IMG/VR virus record: IMGVR_UViG_3300050194_000011
Location: 44,113 to 108,112 of that record
DNA length: 64,000 nt
Strand: one strand, 5' to 3'
Origin: a virus
Numbering within the stretch: the first letter of the stretch is position 1; every line of letters begins with the position of its first letter. The translations under genes and the position numbers were made by a program. The notes under the pieces are model-generated. The model saw nothing but the letters and a program-made list of their open reading frames with translations, searched no databases and was not told where the DNA came from. Shown here one piece after another: positions 38,850-47,614 of this stretch.

Positions 38850-39392
38850 TTAGAAGCTAAGTGTGCTATTGATGCCGGATGATTCATAATAGTCGTATGC
38901 AAATGTTACTTCAAATATTTCTACTTGATTGTTAGCTTCAAAGTCCAATTGAATCGGACTAACTTGAACAGGAAATGCATCAATCAAACGATACGTCTTC
39001 AAAACATCTCCAGCACGATCAAGCTGATTCACAAATAGATCGGTTTGATATTGAGCAGGAGCAACGATACCAGTATTGTTGCCCAGATCATTGATACCAT
39101 GCATCCAACGTTCAAACGAATCACGAACGGTGAAGTCTTCGTTATAGACAGCAATCGTCCATGGTTGGAATTCACGTTCACCAGCAACATTTATTGATCT
39201 GCCCTGGAAAAAGACAGGTACAGGTTGAATTGTGCTTTCTGGAAGCGATGCAGACTTGCAATGGAATTGACCAAGCTGAGAAGCCTGGATTCCGGTAGGA
39301 ACAAACCCAGGAAATGTCAGGTCAACACGGAAAGTATTAGGTCTGACAAGACCTGTTTTAAGCGAGGCGCGAAAGCCACTAATATTTGCCAT
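38850..39392 (-). CDS. gp19: Tail tube protein
   Basis: 180 aa; RPNTFRV, CKSASLP, FQGRSINVAGEREFQPWTIAVYN, AFPVQVSPIQLDFE.NNQVEIFEVTFAY. Confidence 0.95.
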   Translation of the reverse strand: MANISGFRASLKTGLVRPNTFRVDLTFPGFVPTGIQASQLGQFHCKSASLPESTIQPVPVFFQGRSINVAGEREFQPWTIAVYNEDFTVRDSFERWMHGINDLGNNTGIVAPAQYQTDLFVNQLDRAGDVLKTYRLIDAFPVQVSPIQLDFEANNQVEIFEVTFAYDYYESSGINSTLSF

Positions 39393-39405
39393 TTAGATTT
39401 ACCTC

Positions 39406-41343
39406 TTATTGACCAGTGATTTCAGAGAATGCAACACCTTCTGGCGTAGCAATGAAGTTGAGTTTGATGAATCTGATAGACTTCGTAGACTTGATATAAA
39501 TGTTCGCAGCAAAAGTCTTTGATTGAATAACAGTTGAAGTATTTACATTCGAGCCAACATCCACATAGAAGTCGGAAATACCACCACGTCCTTGAATGTC
39601 TCTGAGGAATGGTGTAATCATCGAAACGAAAAGTTTACGAGTCAATTCTGTATTTTGTTCGAACAAGAAGAATCTAGCGCTTGACGAAATAGATTTTTCA
39701 AGTAGAATGAACAACAAACGAATACCAATAGCATCAAAGTCTGATGGGCGATCAAGCAACGTTTTATCAGAGAATAGAATTGGTCCAGAGTTAGGGAACG
39801 ATACAACAAAGTTGATCGAGTTTTGGAACAATGTATCTCTTTGTGATTTGTTAGGATTGATAGCCAAACGAGTTACGTTCTTAACAGATCCGCGATTGAA
39901 ACCAGCAGGCGAAGCCCATTCATTTCTTGTGTAGATAGAACGAGCAGTAACACCGGCGCAATCACCATTCAATGCAATGTAACGATATACGTCGTTATAT
40001 TTGTCGTATTGATATTTGAAACCAGAATCGAGGAATGCGTAAGAAGAACCAGAAAGAGCATTTCGGAATGCAACGATCTTGTTGATGTTATCCGACGTAT
40101 CACCAATAATCACAGAATTATCTGAAACATTCACAGGCGATACAAAAGCTACGCAATCTCTACGAACTTCAGCAACGTTTTGTATTGCAAAGTTTGCAAC
40201 AGTAGGAGAAACCTTACCTGTCATCAAAAGAGTAATATCGTATTTCTGTGCATCTGCAAAGATTGAAATTGCAGATTCTTGTTCGCCATCAGTAGCACCA
40301 TATCCATCTGCTCCGCCTGAAAGAGTTACTGTCAGAGGTTTCACAAGATTCTTATAAGAACCAGGAGCAGTAGAATCGCCAAAATCCAATCCAACAGAAG
40401 TAACATTGGATGGAATTGGATGATCCATCCACCAAACCCATGTTGATTCACGAAGAGCATTTTTGTAGTAAGAAACGGTCCCATCATATTTCTTAGCATT
40501 TGATGCTTTTGAAATATTTTCGAGTTTTTCTAGAATCTGACCTTTTACTCCGGTAATCTTACCAGTAGCATCTAACACGATGATATGCATACCATCTCCA
40601 GTCGATTCCGATGCAACTGCTTGATCGGAGTCAATAGGAGCAGCAGCGAACTGCGATGCGTATTCCCATGTAGCTACAGCAGTTACATTAGGAGCAGCAA
40701 TTCCAGGAATATCAGATACTGTAATTTCTGTATCGCTTACGATTCCTGTAACAGATAAAGTCAATGCAGATCCACTTACGCTTACAGGCGATCCAGCAAC
40801 ATTGAATGTTAAAATGTCACCAAGTTGAACTTGAGATAAGAATGATGTTCCAGTTCCTGTAATTGTATTACTTGAATCAGACAATGATACTGTACCTGAT
40901 AGCGTTCTTTTGAACGTAGCAGCGTCAGCAACAGATATCTTGATGTTGTTTCCTAGAATGCCTGGATACTTAGCAGCGAACATGCCTACTACGGCAGATC
41001 CATTCGCGTAATTGGCTTCCCAGTCTTGGATGTTCTTTACAGAAATAGCAGTACCAGATGTTACAGCGTTCTTCTGTCCAGCAGTTGCTGTTCTGACAAG
41101 TCTTAGATCAGAAGAATACTGCAAGAAATTGTAAGCTGTAAACCAGTGATTGTAAGTGCTATTATTTGGCTTACCAAAATAATAGACCAGATCTGCCTCG
41201 TTTGTTACCTGAGTGACGTCGTTAACAGCACCCCATTCAAATTCACCGGCTAAAGCCCCAATTGATGATGCAACAGGAGTGATCCCTGTCGTCAGATCGG
41301 TTTCGGTAAATTCGACGGCTGGTGAGATTGAAAAATATGCCAT
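39406..41343 (-). CDS. gp18: Tail sheath protein
   Basis: 645 aa; SPAVEFTETDLT, GEFEWG, FLQYSSDLRLVR, YKYQYDKYNDVYRYIALNGD.AG, SPAGFNRG, FEQN..LTR..F. Confidence 0.97.
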   Translation of the reverse strand: MAYFSISPAVEFTETDLTTGITPVASSIGALAGEFEWGAVNDVTQVTNEADLVYYFGKPNNSTYNHWFTAYNFLQYSSDLRLVRTATAGQKNAVTSGTAISVKNIQDWEANYANGSAVVGMFAAKYPGILGNNIKISVADAATFKRTLSGTVSLSDSSNTITGTGTSFLSQVQLGDILTFNVAGSPVSVSGSALTLSVTGIVSDTEITVSDIPGIAAPNVTAVATWEYASQFAAAPIDSDQAVASESTGDGMHIIVLDATGKITGVKGQILEKLENISKASNAKKYDGTVSYYKNALRESTWVWWMDHPIPSNVTSVGLDFGDSTAPGSYKNLVKPLTVTLSGGADGYGATDGEQESAISIFADAQKYDITLLMTGKVSPTVANFAIQNVAEVRRDCVAFVSPVNVSDNSVIIGDTSDNINKIVAFRNALSGSSYAFLDSGFKYQYDKYNDVYRYIALNGDCAGVTARSIYTRNEWASPAGFNRGSVKNVTRLAINPNKSQRDTLFQNSINFVVSFPNSGPILFSDKTLLDRPSDFDAIGIRLLFILLEKSISSSARFFLFEQNTELTRKLFVSMITPFLRDIQGRGGISDFYVDVGSNVNTSTVIQSKTFAANIYIKSTKSIRFIKLNFIATPEGVAFSEITGQ

Positions 41344-41375
41344 GTCGTTCCTTTTGTTGAAGATAGTTCAAAAAT

Positions 41376-41390
41376 TATTTACTATTTAGG
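41376..41390 (-). promoter_or_regulatory. Tandem putative late promoters for gp18 (CCTAAATA, AGTAAATA)
   Basis: Two TAAATA cores 33-45 nt upstream of the gp18 ATG. Confidence 0.55.
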
Positions 41391-41982
41391 GAGATTTATA
41401 ATTTGGATGATTTTTGATTTTGTTAAGAACCAATTCATCTTTATCATTCGCTAGCTTATCTATATGTTCTTTGTGCAGGGATGTATTCATAGCTAGATTC
41501 CAACGAACCCATTTATCTTCATCGTCCACTAGCGTATCCATGTGTTCTTTATGAAGAGAAGGATTTCCAGCTAGATTCTTACGAACATTTCTATCTTCAT
41601 CGTCCACTAGCGTATCCATGTGTTCTTTATGAAGAGAAGGATTTCCAGCTAGATTATAACGAACATCTAAATTTTTATCTTTCACTAATTCATCCATGTG
41701 TTCTTTATGAAGAGAAGGATTTCCAGCTAGATTATAACGAACATCTAAATTTTTATCTTTCACTAACTTATCAATGTGTTCTTTATGAAGAGATGGATTG
41801 CTAGTTAGCTTGAACCGAACATCCGGATCTTTATCATGCACCAACTCATCAATGTGTTCTTTATGAAGAGATGGATTGCTAGTTAGCTTGAACCGAACAT
41901 CCGGATCTTTATCATGCACCAACTCATCAATGTGTTCTTTAGAACCATATCTTGCTAAGAATTGCTTATGTTGTTCTTTCAT
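41386..41982 (-). CDS. LRV/HEAT-like repeat protein (7 units) between gp17 and gp18
   Basis: 198 aa; same N-cap and C-cap as the other members; 78-nt tandem coding repeats. Confidence 0.85.
   Translation of the reverse strand: MKEQHKQFLARYGSKEHIDELVHDKDPDVRFKLTSNPSLHKEHIDELVHDKDPDVRFKLTSNPSLHKEHIDKLVKDKNLDVRYNLAGNPSLHKEHMDELVKDKNLDVRYNLAGNPSLHKEHMDTLVDDEDRNVRKNLAGNPSLHKEHMDTLVDDEDKWVRWNLAMNTSLHKEHIDKLANDKDELVLNKIKNHPNYKSP
41515..41940. repeat. 78-nt tandem coding repeats, including exact duplicates
   Basis: 41771-41848 is identical to 41849-41926; 41614-41688 is identical to 41692-41766; 63-nt identity between 41515 and 41593. Confidence 0.9.
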
Positions 41983-41983
41983 A

Positions 41984-43573
41984 TCACCACCTAATCAAGA
42001 TATTTCGTTCTTCGGTATCATCTCTGCCATCATCAAAAAATCCCATCGGAAGTTCTGATGATTCAACATCTGATAATTGTTGCTTGATGAATTTCTGACG
42101 CAAAGAAAAATCAAACAAATTCTTGAAAGCAGTGGTTGTCGTCAAGAATCCGAACATTACTAATGTCATCATCATATCATCTGTTTTGCCATCGTCTGCT
42201 TTGAATGTCGATCCTTTACGAGTGAAAGTTGACATTTCATCAATGATCATAGAATCATTCACTTCTAGCTGATCACTTTCAATGATGAGCTTAATCGTAT
42301 TACATCCAATTGATTTTGTCTTTTTCGTTGTCTTGACTCCTGGCATAATTCTAGCACCAAAGCCTTCAACAACATCATCTTTGATAGACATGTACATGTT
42401 CTCATATTCTAAGTCATAATAGAGAGCATCTGCGACTTGTTGTCCTAAAGAATTAGTCTCAACAAGAACAAAGGCTTCGTTGTACATATCTGCATAGTGT
42501 TTTATCACTTCTGGATATGTCAACGTGTGAACTCTATTGTTTCTGTACGTTGCTACAATCTTATATGGAAGAGTTGAGATATCGAAGATTGTGAATGTAG
42601 AGTAGTCATCACCACCACCTTCTGCAACGTCTACAGTCATGCAATAAGGCGTTTTCTTGACAGGAGGGTAGTAAGCCTTAAAGCCGTCCAAAGAACTTGC
42701 TGTAGGGGGTTTTAACGGTAACGAGGCTATCTTCTCACCGACGATCAGGGTGTTCGAAGAACCGATGAAGCTCGTCAAGATTTCTTGAGAGTATTTCACT
42801 TGTCCTAGAATAGCCAACTGCTCGTCCGCCCATGCTTGGTTACGCTTTGGATGCTCTTGCCATTTGCCTTCGATAGGAACAAATCCGTTCAAACCAAGTT
42901 CTGCTTCTTTCCACATCTTGTAATAGTGGTTCATTCCTTTCGGGGTAGAAACAATAATCAACTGCGATTGCTCTGATGAAGAAATTGTTGGGAAAACAGA
43001 TGCAACGAATTCTTCTGCTAAATTTCCCTTGAGAAGCGCAAACTCATCACAAAGCAAAAGTGATACAGATTGTCCAGAAATAGCAGATGGAGAAGTTGCA
43101 GCACAGAAACACCGAGTTCCGTTTTCTAGAACAAACGATGTTTTATTCCATTCTTTGACTCCTTGCTGAAGCCACTTGGGACATTGTTCGATAATGAATT
43201 GCACTCTGGAAAAGATTTCTTTGGCTGTGAACATCTTATTTGCCAGGATACATGCATTCTTGTTATCCTTGAATAAACAATACCAAGCAAAGTATCCAGC
43301 TATGATTGAAGATTTCCCACCTTGACGAAAAAGCTTTACCAGGATCTTTCTATTGACAGCTAAAGCTTTCAGAATCCTTTTCTGATATGGAAAAGGTTTG
43401 AACGGCACAACACCATCATCAAGAGAAACAATCTTGGCATACTTTTCCAAGAAATATTCTACATCAGATTCACACTTGACATATTCTGCTACTTGCTCTG
43501 GCGTGAATTCAATAACCTCTCCGACTTGCTTGAGGTTCGCATTACCATTGTATCCTGATTTGAAGTCTGTCAT
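41984..43573 (-). CDS. gp17: Terminase large subunit
   Basis: 529 aa; YNGNANLK, Walker A LFRQGGKS, Walker B LLLCDEFA, IIVSTPKGMNHYY, DVAEG.G.DYS, KTTKKTKSIGC, DDMMMTL. Confidence 0.97.
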   Translation of the reverse strand: MTDFKSGYNGNANLKQVGEVIEFTPEQVAEYVKCESDVEYFLEKYAKIVSLDDGVVPFKPFPYQKRILKALAVNRKILVKLFRQGGKSSIIAGYFAWYCLFKDNKNACILANKMFTAKEIFSRVQFIIEQCPKWLQQGVKEWNKTSFVLENGTRCFCAATSPSAISGQSVSLLLCDEFALLKGNLAEEFVASVFPTISSSEQSQLIIVSTPKGMNHYYKMWKEAELGLNGFVPIEGKWQEHPKRNQAWADEQLAILGQVKYSQEILTSFIGSSNTLIVGEKIASLPLKPPTASSLDGFKAYYPPVKKTPYCMTVDVAEGGGDDYSTFTIFDISTLPYKIVATYRNNRVHTLTYPEVIKHYADMYNEAFVLVETNSLGQQVADALYYDLEYENMYMSIKDDVVEGFGARIMPGVKTTKKTKSIGCNTIKLIIESDQLEVNDSMIIDEMSTFTRKGSTFKADDGKTDDMMMTLVMFGFLTTTTAFKNLFDFSLRQKFIKQQLSDVESSELPMGFFDDGRDDTEERNILIRW

Positions 43574-43574
43574 T

Positions 43575-44960
43575 TTAAGTCTCGATTGTGATTCTCATTT
43601 CTTCTTTCTGAGAAATTGATCTATAAACGGGTCGTCTTGTTTCGACGTATATTAGATCTCCAGAGTTAACATCAACTTCTGGATTTATGATAGATGTTAT
43701 AATTCCAGTTGCAGAAGATGTTGCTCCTGTAACAGACTGTGAAACAGCGAAATCTGGTCCAATGTTTGATTTGTTCCTGATATACTTCAGAGTCTTAGAA
43801 GCAGACGCCCATGTAACGAACTTACCTCTAGCAGCTGGTGTTCCGATAGAAAGAAGATCTTCATCATCTGAGAATGTTCCGGAAATCGATCCGGAAATTC
43901 CGATTGATTTCAAAGCATTGGCTGTCTGCGATGTCAAAATAGATTGAGTCCCATATACATGAGGATTCAAGATTAAACCAATCACTCTATATTGATTATC
44001 TTTAATTGTGTCATCAGATAGATCTTCTCCGATGGATCCTGAAATCGTTACATATACAGCATTCAATTCTTTGACTGGATTTGATCCATGTCCACCAAGA
44101 GTAGGAATAATGCAATTTAGAGCAGCTGCATTTGCGCTTGTTCCTGTTACAGTTGCAATAGCATATGTGTATCCAGAGCCGCCGTTTGTAATCGTGACCG
44201 ATGAAATTTGTCCATTGTTATCAGTAACTGCTGTTGCTGTTGCTCCTGTTCCGTCCCCGATGATAGCAACGGGCAGAGACGTATTTGGATTGTATCCATT
44301 CCCAGCAGATTTGATTTCGATTACATCAAGTCTTCCTGATATCGCAGAAGATTGAACAAGATACTGATTGTAGTATGATGATGATGCTCCTGGGTTCGTT
44401 GAAACAGATTGCACTGGAATAAAATTTGTAGAAACGAACCTCAGAGCATCAGCCGAGTTGATGGAATACATGAACTTCCATACATATCCATCGGATGTGG
44501 AAAATATCGACGTAGAAGTTCCGGTTGGTTTGAATGTAGAAGCTGCTCTATTATTGTTCGAAATACACTTATAGACGTTGTATTCGTCTGTCATTACATA
44601 ATAGTTAGCATTTATTAATCCGTTCTTTGTAACTGCAACTCCTGTATCCAAATCAACACCATTCAGCTTAACTCCGTCGTAGTCATCTCGATACATATCA
44701 TAGAACTTACCCGACGTCCAATCGATTCTGAAAATTGATTGAGTCACTTCAGTTGGAGATATCTTCCTGAGTGTTATCATTTCATCTCTGACTTTCTGCT
44801 CAAACAGAACGGAGTCAGTGGGAGTGTCTGGATAATTATCATCAGCCCAATGGGTTGGCTTTGAAATGAAGAGATATAAAGAATTCGCTGGATCTGATAG
44901 GATACCTTTGATGTATGATGAATTCTTTAATCTTAGATTTGTAGTTACGATTGCTGTCAT
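43575..44960 (-). CDS. gp8: Baseplate wedge subunit
   Basis: 461 aa; cyanophage-type gp8 features W.SG.FYDMYRDDY, YYVMTDEYNVYKCISN, DGYVWKFMY, GGHGSNPVKEL. Confidence 0.85.
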   Translation of the reverse strand: MTAIVTTNLRLKNSSYIKGILSDPANSLYLFISKPTHWADDNYPDTPTDSVLFEQKVRDEMITLRKISPTEVTQSIFRIDWTSGKFYDMYRDDYDGVKLNGVDLDTGVAVTKNGLINANYYVMTDEYNVYKCISNNNRAASTFKPTGTSTSIFSTSDGYVWKFMYSINSADALRFVSTNFIPVQSVSTNPGASSSYYNQYLVQSSAISGRLDVIEIKSAGNGYNPNTSLPVAIIGDGTGATATAVTDNNGQISSVTITNGGSGYTYAIATVTGTSANAAALNCIIPTLGGHGSNPVKELNAVYVTISGSIGEDLSDDTIKDNQYRVIGLILNPHVYGTQSILTSQTANALKSIGISGSISGTFSDDEDLLSIGTPAARGKFVTWASASKTLKYIRNKSNIGPDFAVSQSVTGATSSATGIITSIINPEVDVNSGDLIYVETRRPVYRSISQKEEMRITIET

Positions 44961-44972
44961 GGCTTCTTTCTT

Positions 44973-45275
44973 TTATTCGTTTGCATCCAGAGATTTCTTA
45001 CAGTGATCTTTCTCTATATAATCAAGAAGTTTACATAGAACACATCCCCATTTATCTCCTCTGATTTGTGCCCTTGCTGATCTATGCGATAGAGTTTCTG
45101 TGTGTTTCCCGCCAATTGCAGCATTGAATGTTTGATCTTTCCCTAGAGCTATGTTCCAGTATCTTGGAGAATTAATAATCAAAGCGCATATCATCCATAA
45201 GAAAGATATGATATCTCCGATCAAACAAGCTGCCGCGATGACCAATCCAAATAAAATACGTCTGATGTTTACCAT
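44973..45275 (-). CDS. Small membrane protein with Cys/His C-terminus (conserved phage hypothetical)
   Basis: 100 aa; N-terminal TM; DQTFNAAIGG...ETLSHR...WGCVLCKLLD...DHC. Confidence 0.55.
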   Translation of the reverse strand: MVNIRRILFGLVIAAACLIGDIISFLWMICALIINSPRYWNIALGKDQTFNAAIGGKHTETLSHRSARAQIRGDKWGCVLCKLLDYIEKDHCKKSLDANE

Positions 45276-45955
45276 ACGATGTTATCCAATTCTTGTTTTG
45301 TTTTAGATGATTCGATCAATGTTTTAAGCGCACTTGCATGAGTAAAAGCTTCTTCTGTATGTGCTCCCATAGCAAGACCGACTTGAATAATATCACTAGC
45401 AGATAACGTGATCTGAGTATTATCTTTTAATGTCCAATCGACGCTCCAAGTCGCTCCATTTTGGATCGCTATCTGAGCACCAAGAACTGCTAAGATGATA
45501 CGTTGCTTAGCTAGTTGATTTGAATCAAATTCATGCGAATTCCATATGAAAGATCCAAATTCGAAGTTATCTCGTTCTAGCTTTATCTCAGACCATTTAA
45601 GTTTCTTCAGATCATCGAGACTTTGATTTGGTTCTGTGAGAGAATATCCTTTAGGAAACTCTTCTTCTATGTTTTGGATGATATGGCCTGTTCTGTCAGG
45701 AAGCCAATAAGACTGTCCTCTGAGATCTGTTACAATCTTCCATTTTCCATCTTTTGAATTAAGAGGAACATTGTTCGATGTATCTCTGAATACAGCTCTT
45801 TGATTTGTTGTGGCAACAGGTGGCATCTTAGTCGTAGAAAAAGACATCAACATCGGAGCATTATCTAAAGGAGATAATTCAGCAATCGTTTCGTTAACTT
45901 TTTCGCCGGTGATTGGATCGTAGTGATATAAAATAGTTGTCATGATTTCTTTCAA
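45269..45955 (-). CDS. Tail fibre assembly chaperone (DUF4376-like)
   Basis: 228 aa; YHYDPITGE N-terminus and W.LKDN..I.L...DI.QVG C-terminus; follows a fibre gene. Confidence 0.7.
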   Translation of the reverse strand: MKEIMTTILYHYDPITGEKVNETIAELSPLDNAPMLMSFSTTKMPPVATTNQRAVFRDTSNNVPLNSKDGKWKIVTDLRGQSYWLPDRTGHIIQNIEEEFPKGYSLTEPNQSLDDLKKLKWSEIKLERDNFEFGSFIWNSHEFDSNQLAKQRIILAVLGAQIAIQNGATWSVDWTLKDNTQITLSASDIIQVGLAMGAHTEEAFTHASALKTLIESSKTKQELDNIVW

Positions 45956-47158
45956 TTAGAATTGTATGTATCCAGCCAATGATGTATTTCTTGGACGTGT
46001 GTCGTCTGGTGTGATCCAAATGTTAGCTGCTCCGGATAATCCATTACCAAATTGAACATTTTGTAATTGGAAATTCGTTATAGATTTGAAAGATCCTAAT
46101 GAATTGTCTCCATCATCGAGATTGTAATTCACAAAGAAATAACCGGCTGATGGTCCTTGATCCGTACCAAAAACTCTTCCGGAGTCTAATCCTCTACCAT
46201 TATCCCAGATACGAATAAATCCACCTCTGAGGTCGGGTATTCTGAAAGTTCCATCTCCATTATCTGCAAATTTATAGATTCCTTGAGTCCATGATGCCAG
46301 AGCAACCACATGTCCATTATGCAATGCCCAATTCCAAAGAGCAGCATATGTTGTCTTTGACAGAGACGTAACACCAGTTGCAATAAGACCAGTTCTAGCT
46401 GATGTAACAACATCCGTTATGAACTGACCAATATTCGTTGAAGCATATCCTGTATAATTTGCTCCATTAGCATTGAAAGTCTGCCATGTCATCCATTGAT
46501 TATACGAATCATGCCAGACTGGTCCGATATCAATAGAAGGCAGTACGCTTCCAATAGCCAATCTGGTTGTCACAGAACGATTCCCAATTACAAGAAGTCC
46601 TGTTCCAGAAGAAGAGTTAGTAAACTCCATCGATTGAGAAGACACAGCGCTTGATGTACACTTCACACTGAATTTATTGATCGTTGTGTTATCACCTTCA
46701 ACTACGATATCTAGTTCTCTCGTAGCAGCAGATATAGAAGATGTTACAACATTTCCAGTATTAGCAAATCGTAAACTTCCAGAATTTGTACCAGTCAATG
46801 CAACAGTTCCAGCAGCATCTGTTATAACGGCAACTGGTCCTGTGAAATTGCTTCCAGATAATTCTGCTTTATCAGATACGAGTTGATTCAGAGTACCAGC
46901 TGTAATGCGCTGTTCTACTTTACTACCGGCAACAAAAGGAACCTGAGTAGTTCCTTCCTGTGCTCTGACTACATTCCACACACCAGCAGATGCTAGGCTA
47001 GTTACTTTGACGATCTCTTTTACTAAAGAAGCACTCTCTAATGTTACAAAGAAAGGATACGAAGAAGGAAATAAAGATGTGTTGGATACAGTGATGGTTG
47101 ATCCCGAATCACTTACAAGAGTCGTAGAAGCGTTATTCGAAAAATATCTTTTTTCCAT
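45956..47158 (-). CDS. Short tail fibre with tail-collar domain
   Basis: 400 aa; YAALW...GDGTFRIPDLRGGFIRIWDNGRGLDSGRVFGT.Q...TRPRN collar motif. Confidence 0.8.
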   Translation of the reverse strand: MEKRYFSNNASTTLVSDSGSTITVSNTSLFPSSYPFFVTLESASLVKEIVKVTSLASAGVWNVVRAQEGTTQVPFVAGSKVEQRITAGTLNQLVSDKAELSGSNFTGPVAVITDAAGTVALTGTNSGSLRFANTGNVVTSSISAATRELDIVVEGDNTTINKFSVKCTSSAVSSQSMEFTNSSSGTGLLVIGNRSVTTRLAIGSVLPSIDIGPVWHDSYNQWMTWQTFNANGANYTGYASTNIGQFITDVVTSARTGLIATGVTSLSKTTYAALWNWALHNGHVVALASWTQGIYKFADNGDGTFRIPDLRGGFIRIWDNGRGLDSGRVFGTDQGPSAGYFFVNYNLDDGDNSLGSFKSITNFQLQNVQFGNGLSGAANIWITPDDTRPRNTSLAGYIQF

Positions 47159-47170
47159 AACTTCTTTCTA

Positions 47171-47614
47171 TTAGTTAAGAGTGATAGTCCAAGTCAAAGC
47201 AAGAGTATCAGCTGCGCCTTTTGTCAGCACCACATTAGTCGATCTTGCAAAAAGAGTACCACCAGTTGAAGCATTGAACATACCACATTCGTTGATGGCT
47301 CCTGTTCCTACGCCTGGACCAAATGTTGCCACATATGTAATCACGGCACCTGTTGCTGTTCCAGATGAAATTGCAACGCGTGCTGTTTCTGTAACTAACG
47401 CAGTCTGAGTAACATCTGGGGCAGTTGTTCCGGCTCCGACAGCAATATGAGAAATGCCGGCAACTGATCCACCAACAAGCTTGCTAGCAAAGAATTGTTT
47501 GCCTGTCGTAACAACTAGATTGCTAACATCAACATCATTTTTGACATTTCCATCTGCATCGTATAGGACAGCATGAATCTGACCAGATAATTTGATATTT
47601 TCTTGTGTTGACAT
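47171..47614 (-). CDS. Conserved virion structural protein (baseplate/tail)
   Basis: 147 aa; NLVVTTGK..., IAVGAG, L.TE.AR, INECGMFNA..GGTLFAR. Confidence 0.6.
   Translation of the reverse strand: MSTQENIKLSGQIHAVLYDADGNVKNDVDVSNLVVTTGKQFFASKLVGGSVAGISHIAVGAGTTAPDVTQTALVTETARVAISSGTATGAVITYVATFGPGVGTGAINECGMFNASTGGTLFARSTNVVLTKGAADTLALTWTITLN

Noticed and set aside
21948-41798. Diversity-generating retroelement TR/VR relationship between LRV copies; all 3 mismatches are A in LRV198 versus T in LRV94 on the coding strand
   Set aside because: Only three sites in an AT-rich genome, both copies are coding, and no reverse transcriptase is in the window. Revisit only if an RT and a template repeat are found elsewhere in the genome.
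41515-41940. CRISPR-like array
   Set aside because: Period is 78 nt, in frame inside a coding gene, with no unique spacers and no cas genes.
41984-43573. Intein or intron in terminase, capsid or portal genes
   Set aside because: Lengths and motif spacing are normal; no C/S...HN-C/S/T splice pattern or frame break was noticed.
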